Assembly (NCBI GenBank): GCA_902771745.1
Contig: CACXYG010000003.1
Location: forward strand, 1 to 35,124
Source of the DNA: an uncultured Erysipelotrichaceae bacterium
Lineage (GTDB): Bacteria; Bacillota_I; Bacilli_A; RFN20; CAG-288
DNA length: 35,124 bases
Reading direction: 5' to 3'
Position numbers and translations under genes: made by a program. Below the pieces are notes generated by a model that was not told where the DNA came from, did no database searches, and saw only the letters and a list, made by a program, of their open reading frames with translations. Of the stretch, positions 15,997 through 24,172 are shown piece after piece (position 1 is the first letter of the stretch; the number at the start of each line of letters is the position of its first letter).

Positions 15997-16206
15997 CTAG
16001 ATGGAAATCTTTGATGGATACGAAATATCCTGATCTAAGTATAGAAAAAAGCCACCCAAAGGCAGCTCTTTATCATACGTCATCGCAGGAAGATCATTTT
16101 TGTCCAACTGAGGAAAAACGACTTTGTCCAACGACACAAATTGTTGACGTTGGACAGTTGGATCCATCCATTTTTGAATGTCTTCAGTTATCTTTCGAAG
16201 GAGCAT
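15997..16206 (-). CDS. Small hypothetical protein (69 aa), orphan
   Basis: The ATG is preceded by GGAGGTG plus a 5-nt spacer and a TAATAT -10 (16226-16231). No recognisable family. A weak terminator-like hairpin plus T6 lies downstream at about 15940-15985. Confidence 0.4.
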   Translation of the reverse strand: MLLRKITEDIQKWMDPTVQRQQFVSLDKVVFPQLDKNDLPAMTYDKELPLGGFFLYLDQDISYPSKISI

Positions 16207-16238
16207 ATCAACACCTCCATCATGAATATTACAACACT

Positions 16239-16320
16239 ATTTGCGTTTTTCTAACCAAAATTTACTTGATATTTGCATTTTTCTAACCTAAATTCCTATT
16301 AAAATTGCATTTTTCCAACA
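16239..16320 (-). repeat. Three direct repeats with exact 32-bp period (minus strand GGTTAGAAAAA[T/C]GCAAAT)
   Basis: Copies are 16239-16256, 16271-16288 (17/18 identical to the first) and 16303-16320 (15/18 identical to the second). The promoter-proximal copy overlaps the -35 position of the small-ORF promoter. Confidence 0.7.
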
Positions 16321-16344
16321 AAAAAAAGGCCTTCGAGGAGGCCT
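16320..16344 (-). terminator. Rho-independent terminator downstream of tRNA-Ala
   Basis: Minus strand reads AGGCC-TCCTCG-AAGGCCT followed by T8. Confidence 0.8.
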
Positions 16345-16414
16345 GATCTATATTAGATAAATCATTCATACAAAGTCGGATAAATGACTTTGGTCAATGA
16401 CAATTCTACTATAC

Positions 16415-16490
16415 TGGTGGAGCCAACCGGGATCGAACCGGCGACCTCCTCGTTGCGAACGAGGCGCTCTCCCAACTGAGCTATAGCCCC
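16415..16490 (-). tRNA. tRNA-Ala, anticodon CGC, with encoded CCA
   Basis: The 76-nt sequence GGGGCTATAGCTCAGTTGGGAGAGCGCCTCGTTCGCAACGAGGAGGTCGCCGGTTCGATCCCGGTTGGCTCCACCA folds as a cloverleaf. It has the G3:U70 pair, A73 discriminator, anticodon loop TTCGCAA and T-loop GGTTCGATCC. Confidence 0.95.
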
Positions 16491-16501
16491 AAAGCGAAAA
16501 G

Positions 16502-16530
16502 ATTATAGTTTATTTTGAAGAAATTATCAA
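16502..16530 (-). promoter_or_regulatory. Sigma-A-type promoter for tRNA-Ala
   Basis: Minus strand has -35 TTGATA (16525-16530), a 17-nt spacer and -10 TATAAT (16502-16507), about 12 nt upstream of the tRNA 5' end. The -35 overlaps the stop codon of the glycosylase gene. Confidence 0.6.
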
Positions 16531-17036
16531 TCGTTGATGTAATCGAGAATCACTCGATAGGCATCTATTAATCTTTCTAAAGACATCGCGGCATTGGCTG
16601 CGCTTGGAGAAGGTAGAGCAATGTTATCATTACCGATATATTTACGATAGACATCATAAGAGGCTTTACCAGTGGTAAAAACAGCCTTGATCTCATGTTC
16701 TTTTCTGATGGCATCTAAAATAGGTTTCGAAGAGACGACGTTCTTGATACTAGCATCGCTAGAGGCGTGAATATCACACTCATAGATAGAATCATATAAG
16801 GCGATATGATGTCTGGTTAAGAAGTCTTTTCTCGCTTCAGTACCTATCGGTTCTTCTTCCTGAAAAACACCCGCCAAAGCTTTATAGAAGCGATTGGTTT
16901 TATGGGCGTAATAAAAGTTGGCTGCTCTAGTCGCAATGCTTGGTAAAGAACCTAGAATCAGAATCTTACAGCCTTCTGGTACAAAAGGTACTAAACTCTC
17001 ATGAGTGACGTGATTATATTGGTATTCCATGGGCAT
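16527..17036 (-). CDS. DNA-deoxyinosine (hypoxanthine) glycosylase, uracil-DNA glycosylase superfamily
   Basis: 169 aa. ILILGSLPSIATRAANFYYAHKTNRFYKALAGVF and HHIALYDSIYECDIHASSDASIKNVV match the hypoxanthine-DNA glycosylase subfamily pattern. Confidence 0.8.
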   Translation of the reverse strand: MPMEYQYNHVTHESLVPFVPEGCKILILGSLPSIATRAANFYYAHKTNRFYKALAGVFQEEEPIGTEARKDFLTRHHIALYDSIYECDIHASSDASIKNVVSSKPILDAIRKEHEIKAVFTTGKASYDVYRKYIGNDNIALPSPSAANAAMSLERLIDAYRVILDYIND

Positions 17037-17051
17037 ATTCTAACATAAATC

Positions 17052-17094
17052 AAAAAGAAAAATGGTCTTCCCGCCCACTGAAGGAGAGAAGACC
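17052..17094 (-). terminator. Terminator-like hairpin after the membrane-protein gene
   Basis: 7-bp stem GGTCTTC / GAAGACC with a 17-nt loop, followed on the minus strand by ATTTTTCTTTTT. Confidence 0.5.
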
Positions 17095-17107
17095 AAGGTT
17101 TTGCTTT

Positions 17108-17644
17108 TTACTTCTTGACGATCGTGACAGATTCAACCAGGTTCTTACCAGTTAAACCAGAGACGAGGAGAAGAACAGCGTAGATGATTAAGACAATACC
17201 TAAGATGAGAGAGGCAAATCTTCTTAAGTCACCAACGTTGAACCATAAGAGCATACCGAAGGTGAATAAGATAGCGCCAGTGATCAAGATGACAAGGCAA
17301 CCAGCCATGTTGCGCTTGTTAGCAAGACCGAGAACACCATCTAAGATGAATAAGCTGCCGATGACGATCATCAATAAGGAGATGAGTTCGAAATAGGCGC
17401 CAAATAAGGCAATCGGTGGAAGTAAGGCTAAACCGATTGTAAGTAAGATACCACCGGTCATACCGAAGCTGCTTAACACACCTTTGGTCTTGATCAAACT
17501 AGCGACAATCAAGCAGCCGCCAGCTACCAATAACGTGATGGAGAAGATCCAGCCGATGATGGCGTTACCGCTGACACCGACACAAAGGAGGATACCAATC
17601 ACGAGGTAAATAATACCGTTGATAATCAAATCGTTCTTTTTCAT
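17108..17644 (-). CDS. Integral membrane protein (HdeD/DUF308-like, tentative)
   Basis: 178 aa, almost entirely hydrophobic with about 6 TM segments. SD AAAGGAAA lies upstream. Confidence 0.7.
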   Translation of the reverse strand: MKKNDLIINGIIYLVIGILLCVGVSGNAIIGWIFSITLLVAGGCLIVASLIKTKGVLSSFGMTGGILLTIGLALLPPIALFGAYFELISLLMIVIGSLFILDGVLGLANKRNMAGCLVILITGAILFTFGMLLWFNVGDLRRFASLILGIVLIIYAVLLLVSGLTGKNLVESVTIVKK

Positions 17645-17710
17645 TTCTATTTTCCTTTCTTTTTTGCAAGATTTAATATAGTCTTTTCCTATAATATTTA
17701 AAAGCCCAAA

Positions 17711-18805
17711 ATGAAAATTTTATTGATTCCTGATTCCTTTAAAGGAACTCTTACATCACAAGAAGTAATCAACATCATCAAGATGGAACTCTCTATAAAG
17801 TATCCCTCAGCTTGTATTGTTGGTTACCCTTTTGCGGATGGTGGAGAAGGTAGTCTAGCCTGTCTGAAAGAAGTCTTATCCGACTATCAGGAATTTCATA
17901 AAGAAGTCATCGCTTGTGAACTAGATAACACCAGAGATGCCTCTTATTTAATCAGTAATAATAAAGCCATCATCGATTCCTCGCTTGTCATGGGTTTGCC
18001 TTATAGCAAGAAGAATCCTTTTATCACCACGACTTATGGCGTTGGTCAACTGATTTTAGATGCGCTTGATAAAGGCAGTCGAAAATTCATCATCACCATC
18101 GGTGGCTCTTCTACCAATGATGGTGGTGCTGGTATGTTATCTGCTTTAGGTGTTACTTTCTATCATCAAAACAAACCGTTCATTCCTACTGGTGGGACGT
18201 TAAATGATATCGATATGGTTGATACTTCTAATCTGGATAAAAGATTAAAAGACTGTGAGTTCAAAATCTTATCCGATGTTACCAACCCACTTCTTGGAAG
18301 TCAGGGTGCTACTTATACTTACGCCTTACAAAAAGGTGCTTCAAAACATGATTTACCTTTGTTAGAAGAAGGAATGAAGCATTATGCTTCTTTGTTAAAT
18401 AATCATAAAGAAGAGATTCCTGGAAGTGGTGCTGCTGGTGGTTTAGGGTATGGATTTTTATCCTTCTTGAACAGTAGGATTGTCTCAGGTGCACAAGAGA
18501 TTTTAAATCTTTATCATTTTGATGAAAGAATTGCGGATATTGATATTGTTATCACCGGAGAAGGAAAGACCGATGCTTCTTCTTTACAGGGAAAATGTAT
18601 TTCTGTTGTTGCAAAGCACTGTCAAAACAAGAGACTTATTCTTCTTTCTGGTTATGTGGATCCCCGTGTCTATGATTCTTTAAAAGAAATCGGGTTTTCT
18701 GAGATATATTCCATTCAACAAGACACAAAGAAATCTTTTGAAGAAATAAAAGCACATGCTGAGGATGATTTAAAGGCGAGTGTAGTAAAATATATATCAT
18801 GTTAG
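17711..18805 (+). CDS. glxK: Glycerate kinase
   Basis: 364 aa. MKILLIPDSFKGTLTSQEV, PFADGGEGS and ITGEGKTDASSLQGK are typical of the GlxK/GarK family. Confidence 0.9.
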   Translation: MKILLIPDSFKGTLTSQEVINIIKMELSIKYPSACIVGYPFADGGEGSLACLKEVLSDYQEFHKEVIACELDNTRDASYLISNNKAIIDSSLVMGLPYSKKNPFITTTYGVGQLILDALDKGSRKFIITIGGSSTNDGGAGMLSALGVTFYHQNKPFIPTGGTLNDIDMVDTSNLDKRLKDCEFKILSDVTNPLLGSQGATYTYALQKGASKHDLPLLEEGMKHYASLLNNHKEEIPGSGAAGGLGYGFLSFLNSRIVSGAQEILNLYHFDERIADIDIVITGEGKTDASSLQGKCISVVAKHCQNKRLILLSGYVDPRVYDSLKEIGFSEIYSIQQDTKKSFEEIKAHAEDDLKASVVKYISC

Positions 18806-19596
18806 AAAAAGATCATTCCCCTCGTTCTATCCGTGTTCGTTTCACTGGGATTATGACCCTGGTCTTTTTGCTTGGCTTCATCATCTCTTTGATCATCACC
18901 ATTCAAACGGGAACAAAAGATGATAGTGGTAATGTCATTTATTCTTCTGTTGGCCTAGGTTTTAATTTCTTCTTCACTATCGGATTTGGTCTCTTCTTCC
19001 TCTTATTTATCCTCTTCTACATCGTCCGCTTTGTCAAACAGGTCAAAGGACCAGCCTTAAAGATGACACCCAAAGAAGAATTCAAAGATGAATATGATCT
19101 CGGTCAACATATCGCTGATGTCGAGACATCCAAGATTCCTTATCTACCATTCTTCCAGCTGTCTTTTTATAACTATAAGAAAGATATCTTAGTCTTATTT
19201 CCCGTCTCTATCTTCTCTTTGATTCTCGGTTTATACCTGACCTTAGCAAAAGTGGAGACAAGAGTCGGTATCACCTTAATCGTCTTATTTGCTGTCGCTT
19301 TTCTGATCTCGATGATCCTCCTCTTTATCCTTCCTTGGATCGATATGTTAAAACAAGATACCACGTTGCAAAAGAAGCTTTCTATCTATCAAGATAAACT
19401 CTATTTTGAAGTAGACACCTTCCCTCAGGAATTCACCTTCTCCATGTGTCATAAATCTATGGAAAACAAGGATGTTTTGATCTTTATCTTCTATCGTGAC
19501 GGACAGAAGAGATTCTTCTTCCAGAAAAAAGATATGGATGAAAAGACATTTGCATTCTTGCAATTAAAAGCTCAACAGGTAAATAATAACAACTGA
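18799..19596 (+). CDS. Membrane protein with a C-terminal YcxB-like domain (tentative)
   Basis: 265 aa. The start overlaps the glxK stop (ATGTTAG). Four hydrophobic segments are followed by a soluble beta-rich C-terminus. Confidence 0.6.
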   Translation: MLEKDHSPRSIRVRFTGIMTLVFLLGFIISLIITIQTGTKDDSGNVIYSSVGLGFNFFFTIGFGLFFLLFILFYIVRFVKQVKGPALKMTPKEEFKDEYDLGQHIADVETSKIPYLPFFQLSFYNYKKDILVLFPVSIFSLILGLYLTLAKVETRVGITLIVLFAVAFLISMILLFILPWIDMLKQDTTLQKKLSIYQDKLYFEVDTFPQEFTFSMCHKSMENKDVLIFIFYRDGQKRFFFQKKDMDEKTFAFLQLKAQQVNNNN

Positions 19597-19597
19597 T

Positions 19598-21814
19598 ATG
19601 TTCTATCTTGTAAAGGTATTGATCGGCCGTGCTATCGTCGCATTAGATAGACCCTTTTCCTACTATAGTGAGGATGAAACCATCACCCAGGGAATGAGAG
19701 TCATGGTTTCTTTTGGTTCTTCCAAAGAAACCATCGGTTTTGTCGTTGAGAAGCCTCAGATGATCAACATGACCTTAGAAGAATACGAAAAAGAACACGA
19801 TATCCATCTAGCTAAGATCATCCGCAAAGTCGATGATGAACCATTATTAGATGATTCTTTACTCTTATTAGCCAAGAATATCGCTAGCTATTATCACTCT
19901 GACCTGATCAGAGTCTTCAACAGCATGTTGCCACCAAGTCTCAAGCCGAAGAATTCTGCGTTAAACAAACCTCAGGGTAAGTTTGTCGACTTCTTCTTTG
20001 CTAACGATTATGACTATTCTTTACTCTCTAAGAATGAAAAGACGCTCTATTTCAAAATCAAAGAGAGTGAAAATGGTATCCGTGCTAGTAAAATCACCGC
20101 GAAAAAATCATTAGAAAATCTATTAGAAAAGAATGCCTTACGTAAAGAATCCATTCCAGTTTCTCGCATTCCTGAAATTGAAGCTTCCGAGCTAGTTCCT
20201 TTTGATTTGACCAAAGAACAAAACGACGCTTATGAAGCTATCTATCAGGGAAAAGACAAAGAAACCTTCCTTTTACAAGGTGTCACCGGTTCTGGTAAAA
20301 CGGAAATCTATATCCGCTTAGCTGAGACCTATTTAAAAGAAAACAAAGGTGTCTTGATCCTGATTCCCGAAATCGCCCTGACCGACCATATGGCTAACGT
20401 CTTTGCATCCCACTTCAAAGACACCATCTCCATCTTGAATTCTTCTTTAGGAGATAGCCGAAAGTATGATGAATACAAACGCATTCTCTCTGGAGAAAGC
20501 AAGGTTGTTTTAGGAACAAGAAGTGCAGTTTTTGCTCCGATTAGAGATTTAGGTATCATCATCATTGATGAAGAGCACTCTAATTCCTACAAACAGGATA
20601 ACGTCCCTTATTATGATGCGATCAAAGTCGCTCAGATGAGAGCCCAGATCGAAAGTTGTAAAGTTGTACTAGGTTCGGCAACCCCGCGTGTCATCGATAA
20701 AGCCAGAGCAAGCCATCATCTTTACACTCCCGTCTATCTCAACACGCGTTATTCCAAGAACCAGGAAAAAGAACTCATCATCGTCGATATGAATCATTCC
20801 GATGTCTTGGATGCCAAAGTATCTAGTTTGATCTCCATTCCTTTACAAGATGAAATCAGCAAGACCTTAGCAAGACACGAACAAGTCATGATTTTAATCA
20901 ATCGTCGTGGCTATGCACCAACTTATACCTGTCGAAAATGTCACGACACTGCCAAATGTCCAAACTGTGGTATTCCTTTAAGTCTGCATAAAAGAGATAA
21001 CTCTCTTCGCTGTCATCATTGCGGATATCATATCAACACGTATGACTATAAGTGTGAATGTGGTAGTCGTGACTTCTCTAGTCTTGGTTATGGAACTGAG
21101 AGAGCCTATGAAGAATTAAAGATGCTCTATCCACTAGCCAAGATTACCAGATTAGATAGCGATATCTCTTCAAATGAAGTACGTCATGAAGTCTTACAGT
21201 CCTTTGCGGATGGTGAGACGGATATCATCGTCGGTACACAAGTCATCGCCAAAGGTCATGATTTTCCTCGTGTCACTCTAGCAGCTATGCTAGATGCGGA
21301 TAGTTCTTTACGTCTTCCTACCTATCTTGCCAACGAAGAAACCTTTGATTTGATCTCCCAATTTGTTGGAAGAGTAGGTAGAAAAGATTTGCAAGGCAGA
21401 GTATTACTGCAAACCTATGTCCCTGATAACCAGGTGATTCAACTTGCTGCCAAGCAAGATTATGAAGCCTTCTATCAGTTAGAGATGGAAGAGAGAAAGA
21501 GATATCAATATCCACCCTATACCTATCTTGCCCAGATCACCATCAAAGCCATGGATTCTTCCTACGCTCAAAAGGTCGGTGATAAGGTCAGAGAATACCT
21601 TCTTTCGGCCATTGGAAACAAGCGATTTAACGTCTATGGACCAACAGCTCCATATATTCCTCACATTAATGGAAGATATTATCGAAACATTTTGATAAAA
21701 TATAAATCTCCTGAAGAGGCAAATGAAATCTTCAGGGGTCTCAAGACCATTCGTCTTGCGAATAAAGATGCCGAAATCCTGATCAACATCGACCCGGGTA
21801 ATGAAGGTATCTAG
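19598..21814 (+). CDS. priA: Primosomal protein N' (replication-restart helicase PriA)
   Basis: 738 aa with Walker A GVTGSGKTEIY, DEEH, a Cys4-type zinc cluster (CRKCHDTAKCPNCG...CHHCG) and helicase C motifs. Confidence 0.95.
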   Translation: MFYLVKVLIGRAIVALDRPFSYYSEDETITQGMRVMVSFGSSKETIGFVVEKPQMINMTLEEYEKEHDIHLAKIIRKVDDEPLLDDSLLLLAKNIASYYHSDLIRVFNSMLPPSLKPKNSALNKPQGKFVDFFFANDYDYSLLSKNEKTLYFKIKESENGIRASKITAKKSLENLLEKNALRKESIPVSRIPEIEASELVPFDLTKEQNDAYEAIYQGKDKETFLLQGVTGSGKTEIYIRLAETYLKENKGVLILIPEIALTDHMANVFASHFKDTISILNSSLGDSRKYDEYKRILSGESKVVLGTRSAVFAPIRDLGIIIIDEEHSNSYKQDNVPYYDAIKVAQMRAQIESCKVVLGSATPRVIDKARASHHLYTPVYLNTRYSKNQEKELIIVDMNHSDVLDAKVSSLISIPLQDEISKTLARHEQVMILINRRGYAPTYTCRKCHDTAKCPNCGIPLSLHKRDNSLRCHHCGYHINTYDYKCECGSRDFSSLGYGTERAYEELKMLYPLAKITRLDSDISSNEVRHEVLQSFADGETDIIVGTQVIAKGHDFPRVTLAAMLDADSSLRLPTYLANEETFDLISQFVGRVGRKDLQGRVLLQTYVPDNQVIQLAAKQDYEAFYQLEMEERKRYQYPPYTYLAQITIKAMDSSYAQKVGDKVREYLLSAIGNKRFNVYGPTAPYIPHINGRYYRNILIKYKSPEEANEIFRGLKTIRLANKDAEILINIDPGNEGI

Positions 21815-21829
21815 AAAGGAAAACCCTAT

Positions 21830-22423
21830 ATGATTACAGTCTCTTTATTAGGTATGGACTACTATGAGGCAATCAACCAGACCAAGTTACTTCACAAGAA
21901 GTTAAAGGAAGCTTATGGTGTTGAAGATAACGAGTTAGAATTCTTCGCTCCTGATTCTTTCATCATCCATGATGGCTTTGAACAGACTTCTTTCCGTTTA
22001 AATGTCAAAGTCGAAGCTCCTTATGATGAACAGGACAAGGAAGAAATGGTCAGAGATATCATCTTTGAATCCTTGAAGAATGTCGCCATTCATATCCGTG
22101 TTGTCTTCAACTACTTTGATCCTGAACACGAATACATCAAGATTGATCCAGATTATCCAGAATACATGAATGACAAGAACACCGTCAAAGCTGATGATCA
22201 TGATCATGAAGATGACTTCGATCCAGCCGAATATGATGAAATCCATGATGAACCATACATGGGCGACATCATCTCTGAATTTGATGATTACATCAAAGAA
22301 AATCCAGATGCTTCCAACGAAGAAGTCTATGCTGCTTTAGCTGGTATCAGAGATAAGGTCACCGCTTCTCATCATGAAACTGATGAAGACCAACAGGCTT
22401 TCGAAGACGCCGAAGCGGACTAA
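21830..22423 (+). CDS. Hypothetical acidic protein (possible DUF1904/tautomerase-like N-domain plus Asp/Glu/His-rich tail)
   Basis: 197 aa, 15 nt after priA. The C-terminal half is strongly acidic and contains DDHDHEDDFD. Confidence 0.6.
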   Translation: MITVSLLGMDYYEAINQTKLLHKKLKEAYGVEDNELEFFAPDSFIIHDGFEQTSFRLNVKVEAPYDEQDKEEMVRDIIFESLKNVAIHIRVVFNYFDPEHEYIKIDPDYPEYMNDKNTVKADDHDHEDDFDPAEYDEIHDEPYMGDIISEFDDYIKENPDASNEEVYAALAGIRDKVTASHHETDEDQQAFEDAEAD

Positions 22424-22436
22424 TCTTTCCAAAGTA

Positions 22437-22505
22437 TAAAATAAGGGATATCCAGAAATAGATCATAAGTCTATTATGGATATCCCGTTTTGATTATTTT
22501 GATTT
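22437..22505. terminator. Bidirectional terminator between convergent genes
   Basis: 10-bp stem GGGATATCCA / TGGATATCCC with an inner ATAGA/TCTAT stem. A T-rich run follows and an A-rich run precedes it. Confidence 0.8.
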
Positions 22506-22901
22506 TTAAGCGTCTGGTCCTTCAATCTCACCCTTATCAGCAACGATGAAGCTTTCAAAGCTGAAACTGATGGTTAATGGATTACCATCGCTGGTGAAAT
22601 TAAAGCCTTCTAATTCTAAAGAGAGATGATCGGCACTATGTTCTACCTTGATGGTCTTATAGTTATCGCATTCTTCACCAGTGATGGTAAAGTTTTTCAC
22701 TCCCTTAAAGGTCAATAAGAAGAGATGACCGTTCAAGCCGTCACAACAATCATGGCCATCTTCATCATCATGATGATCATGAGCGGAATCTTCTTCGTTG
22801 TCACCGACAACAAGAAGCGTTAAAACATCCTCTTTTAAAGTGTGACGAATAATTTCCGTATGTTGAAGATTTGATAAATCAAGAAGATCACTTTTCAGCA
22901 T
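22506..22901 (-). CDS. Hypothetical protein with an internal His/Asp/Cys-rich tract
   Basis: 131 aa. The start overlaps the upstream gene by 14 nt. The tract is DSAHDHHDDEDGHDCCDGLNGH. Confidence 0.6.
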   Translation of the reverse strand: MLKSDLLDLSNLQHTEIIRHTLKEDVLTLLVVGDNEEDSAHDHHDDEDGHDCCDGLNGHLFLLTFKGVKNFTITGEECDNYKTIKVEHSADHLSLELEGFNFTSDGNPLTISFSFESFIVADKGEIEGPDA

Positions 22902-23265
22902 TGTTGTTGTCCTTTTCTTCAGTGATGATCACCGTCTTACCATCGACGATTTCTTTTTTGACTGGTTTCTTATCACTTGGTTTCTTGAAGAAGATATAGA
23001 AGATATCTAAAGCGAGAACCAAAGCGGTCAAGACCCAATAAAGAATCAAGACGATGATATCCGCACTCGTTGGACCAGCAGTCTCAACCACATCATTGGT
23101 GTACTTTGTACTATCGCCAAACAAGGTTAAACCATTGGCAAGAGAAACGGTAAAACCGATGCACATATACAGAGCAAAAATAGCAATCGCTGACATAAAA
23201 CCGATGATAATCCAATCGGCGATGGAGATCTTTTTGAAACGATCAAAATAATTATTGTTTTTCAT
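22888..23265 (-). CDS. Small membrane protein, unknown function
   Basis: 125 aa with two or three TM segments and a Lys-rich C-terminal tail. Confidence 0.6.
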   Translation of the reverse strand: MKNNNYFDRFKKISIADWIIIGFMSAIAIFALYMCIGFTVSLANGLTLFGDSTKYTNDVVETAGPTSADIIVLILYWVLTALVLALDIFYIFFKKPSDKKPVKKEIVDGKTVIITEEKDNNNAEK

Positions 23266-23295
23266 AGGCCTTATTGTAACACATTCTCAAAACAT

Positions 23296-23328
23296 TCAAA
23301 TAGAAGAAATGCCCTTCTTTCGAAGGGC
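23296..23328 (-). terminator. Terminator-like hairpin after yebC
   Basis: 8-bp stem TGCCCTTC / GAAGGGCA with a 4-nt loop. The minus strand follows with TTTCTTCTATTT. Confidence 0.6.
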
Positions 23329-23342
23329 ACATAAATTTTTGA

Positions 23343-24071
23343 TTAGAGATTACCGTTGTGATAAACGCCCTGGACGTCTTCACATTCATCTAAATCATCG
23401 ATGAGCTTTTGAAGCTTATCCTTGTCATCATCGCTGATGTTATCAACAGTGACGGATGGGACATAGGTGACTTCGCAAGTGGAGAAGTCATCTTCACCGA
23501 CAGCGAATTCAGACATACAGACTTCACGAGCGTGATTTAAAGCTTCTGGAGTGACCTGGATGACGACAGTGCTTTCATCCTTGTCGACGTTCTGAAGATC
23601 GACATCGTTCATGATGAGGCTTTCTTCGATTTCTTCGTTGGACTTGTCGCTATCGAAGGAGATGACACCCATCTTCTGGAAGTTGAAAGCAGCGCAACCG
23701 GAGTTACCGACGTTACCGCCATGATGTGTGAAGCAAGCTCTGACAGCAGAGAAAGCTCTCTTTTCGTTGTCGCTTAAAGTATCGACCATGATGGCGACAC
23801 CAGCAGGACCGAAGCCTTCATATCTACCTGGAATGAAGTCGGCGGAATCCTTGGACTTAGCCTTGGCAACAGCTCTATCGATAACATCTCTGGTGACGTG
23901 CTGAGCTTTCCACTTTTCAATCGCAGATCTTAAAGCGAGGTTTTCTTTTGGATCAGGAACACCAGACTTAGCAGCAAGATAAATTTCCTTACTAGCTCTG
24001 TTGAATAACGCGGACTTAGCGGCGTTTGTTTGAGCCATTCTCTTAGCTCTGACTTCATGTGCTCTACCCAT
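23343..24071 (-). CDS. yebC: YebC/PmpR family DNA-binding transcriptional regulator
   Basis: The start at MGRAHEVRAKRMAQTNAAKS (ATG 24071) is preceded by AAAGAGGTAAAA. The family-typical N-terminus and length (242 aa) are present. Confidence 0.9.
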   Translation of the reverse strand: MGRAHEVRAKRMAQTNAAKSALFNRASKEIYLAAKSGVPDPKENLALRSAIEKWKAQHVTRDVIDRAVAKAKSKDSADFIPGRYEGFGPAGVAIMVDTLSDNEKRAFSAVRACFTHHGGNVGNSGCAAFNFQKMGVISFDSDKSNEEIEESLIMNDVDLQNVDKDESTVVIQVTPEALNHAREVCMSEFAVGEDDFSTCEVTYVPSVTVDNISDDDKDKLQKLIDDLDECEDVQGVYHNGNL

Positions 24072-24172
24072 AGTTTTTACCTCTTTTTTGTTATATTTTT
24101 CTATTTTCATGCATTTTAAAACTGCATGACCTACTTATTATAGATATATATATGTTTATCTTCAAGAAAAAA

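Noticed and set aside
16239-16320. Possible mini-CRISPR array (three regularly spaced repeats)
   Set aside because: The repeats are only 18 nt with 14-nt spacers, giving a 32-bp period. The spacers are partly similar to each other, there are no cas genes, and the array overlaps a promoter. It is better explained as tandem binding sites.
15122-16414. tRNA-linked genomic island or prophage remnant
   Set aside because: There is no integrase, excisionase or phage gene, and I could not spot a direct repeat of the tRNA 3' end. The region holds only a LURP-one-like gene and a small orphan ORF. It is kept only as a weak possibility under the repeat finding.
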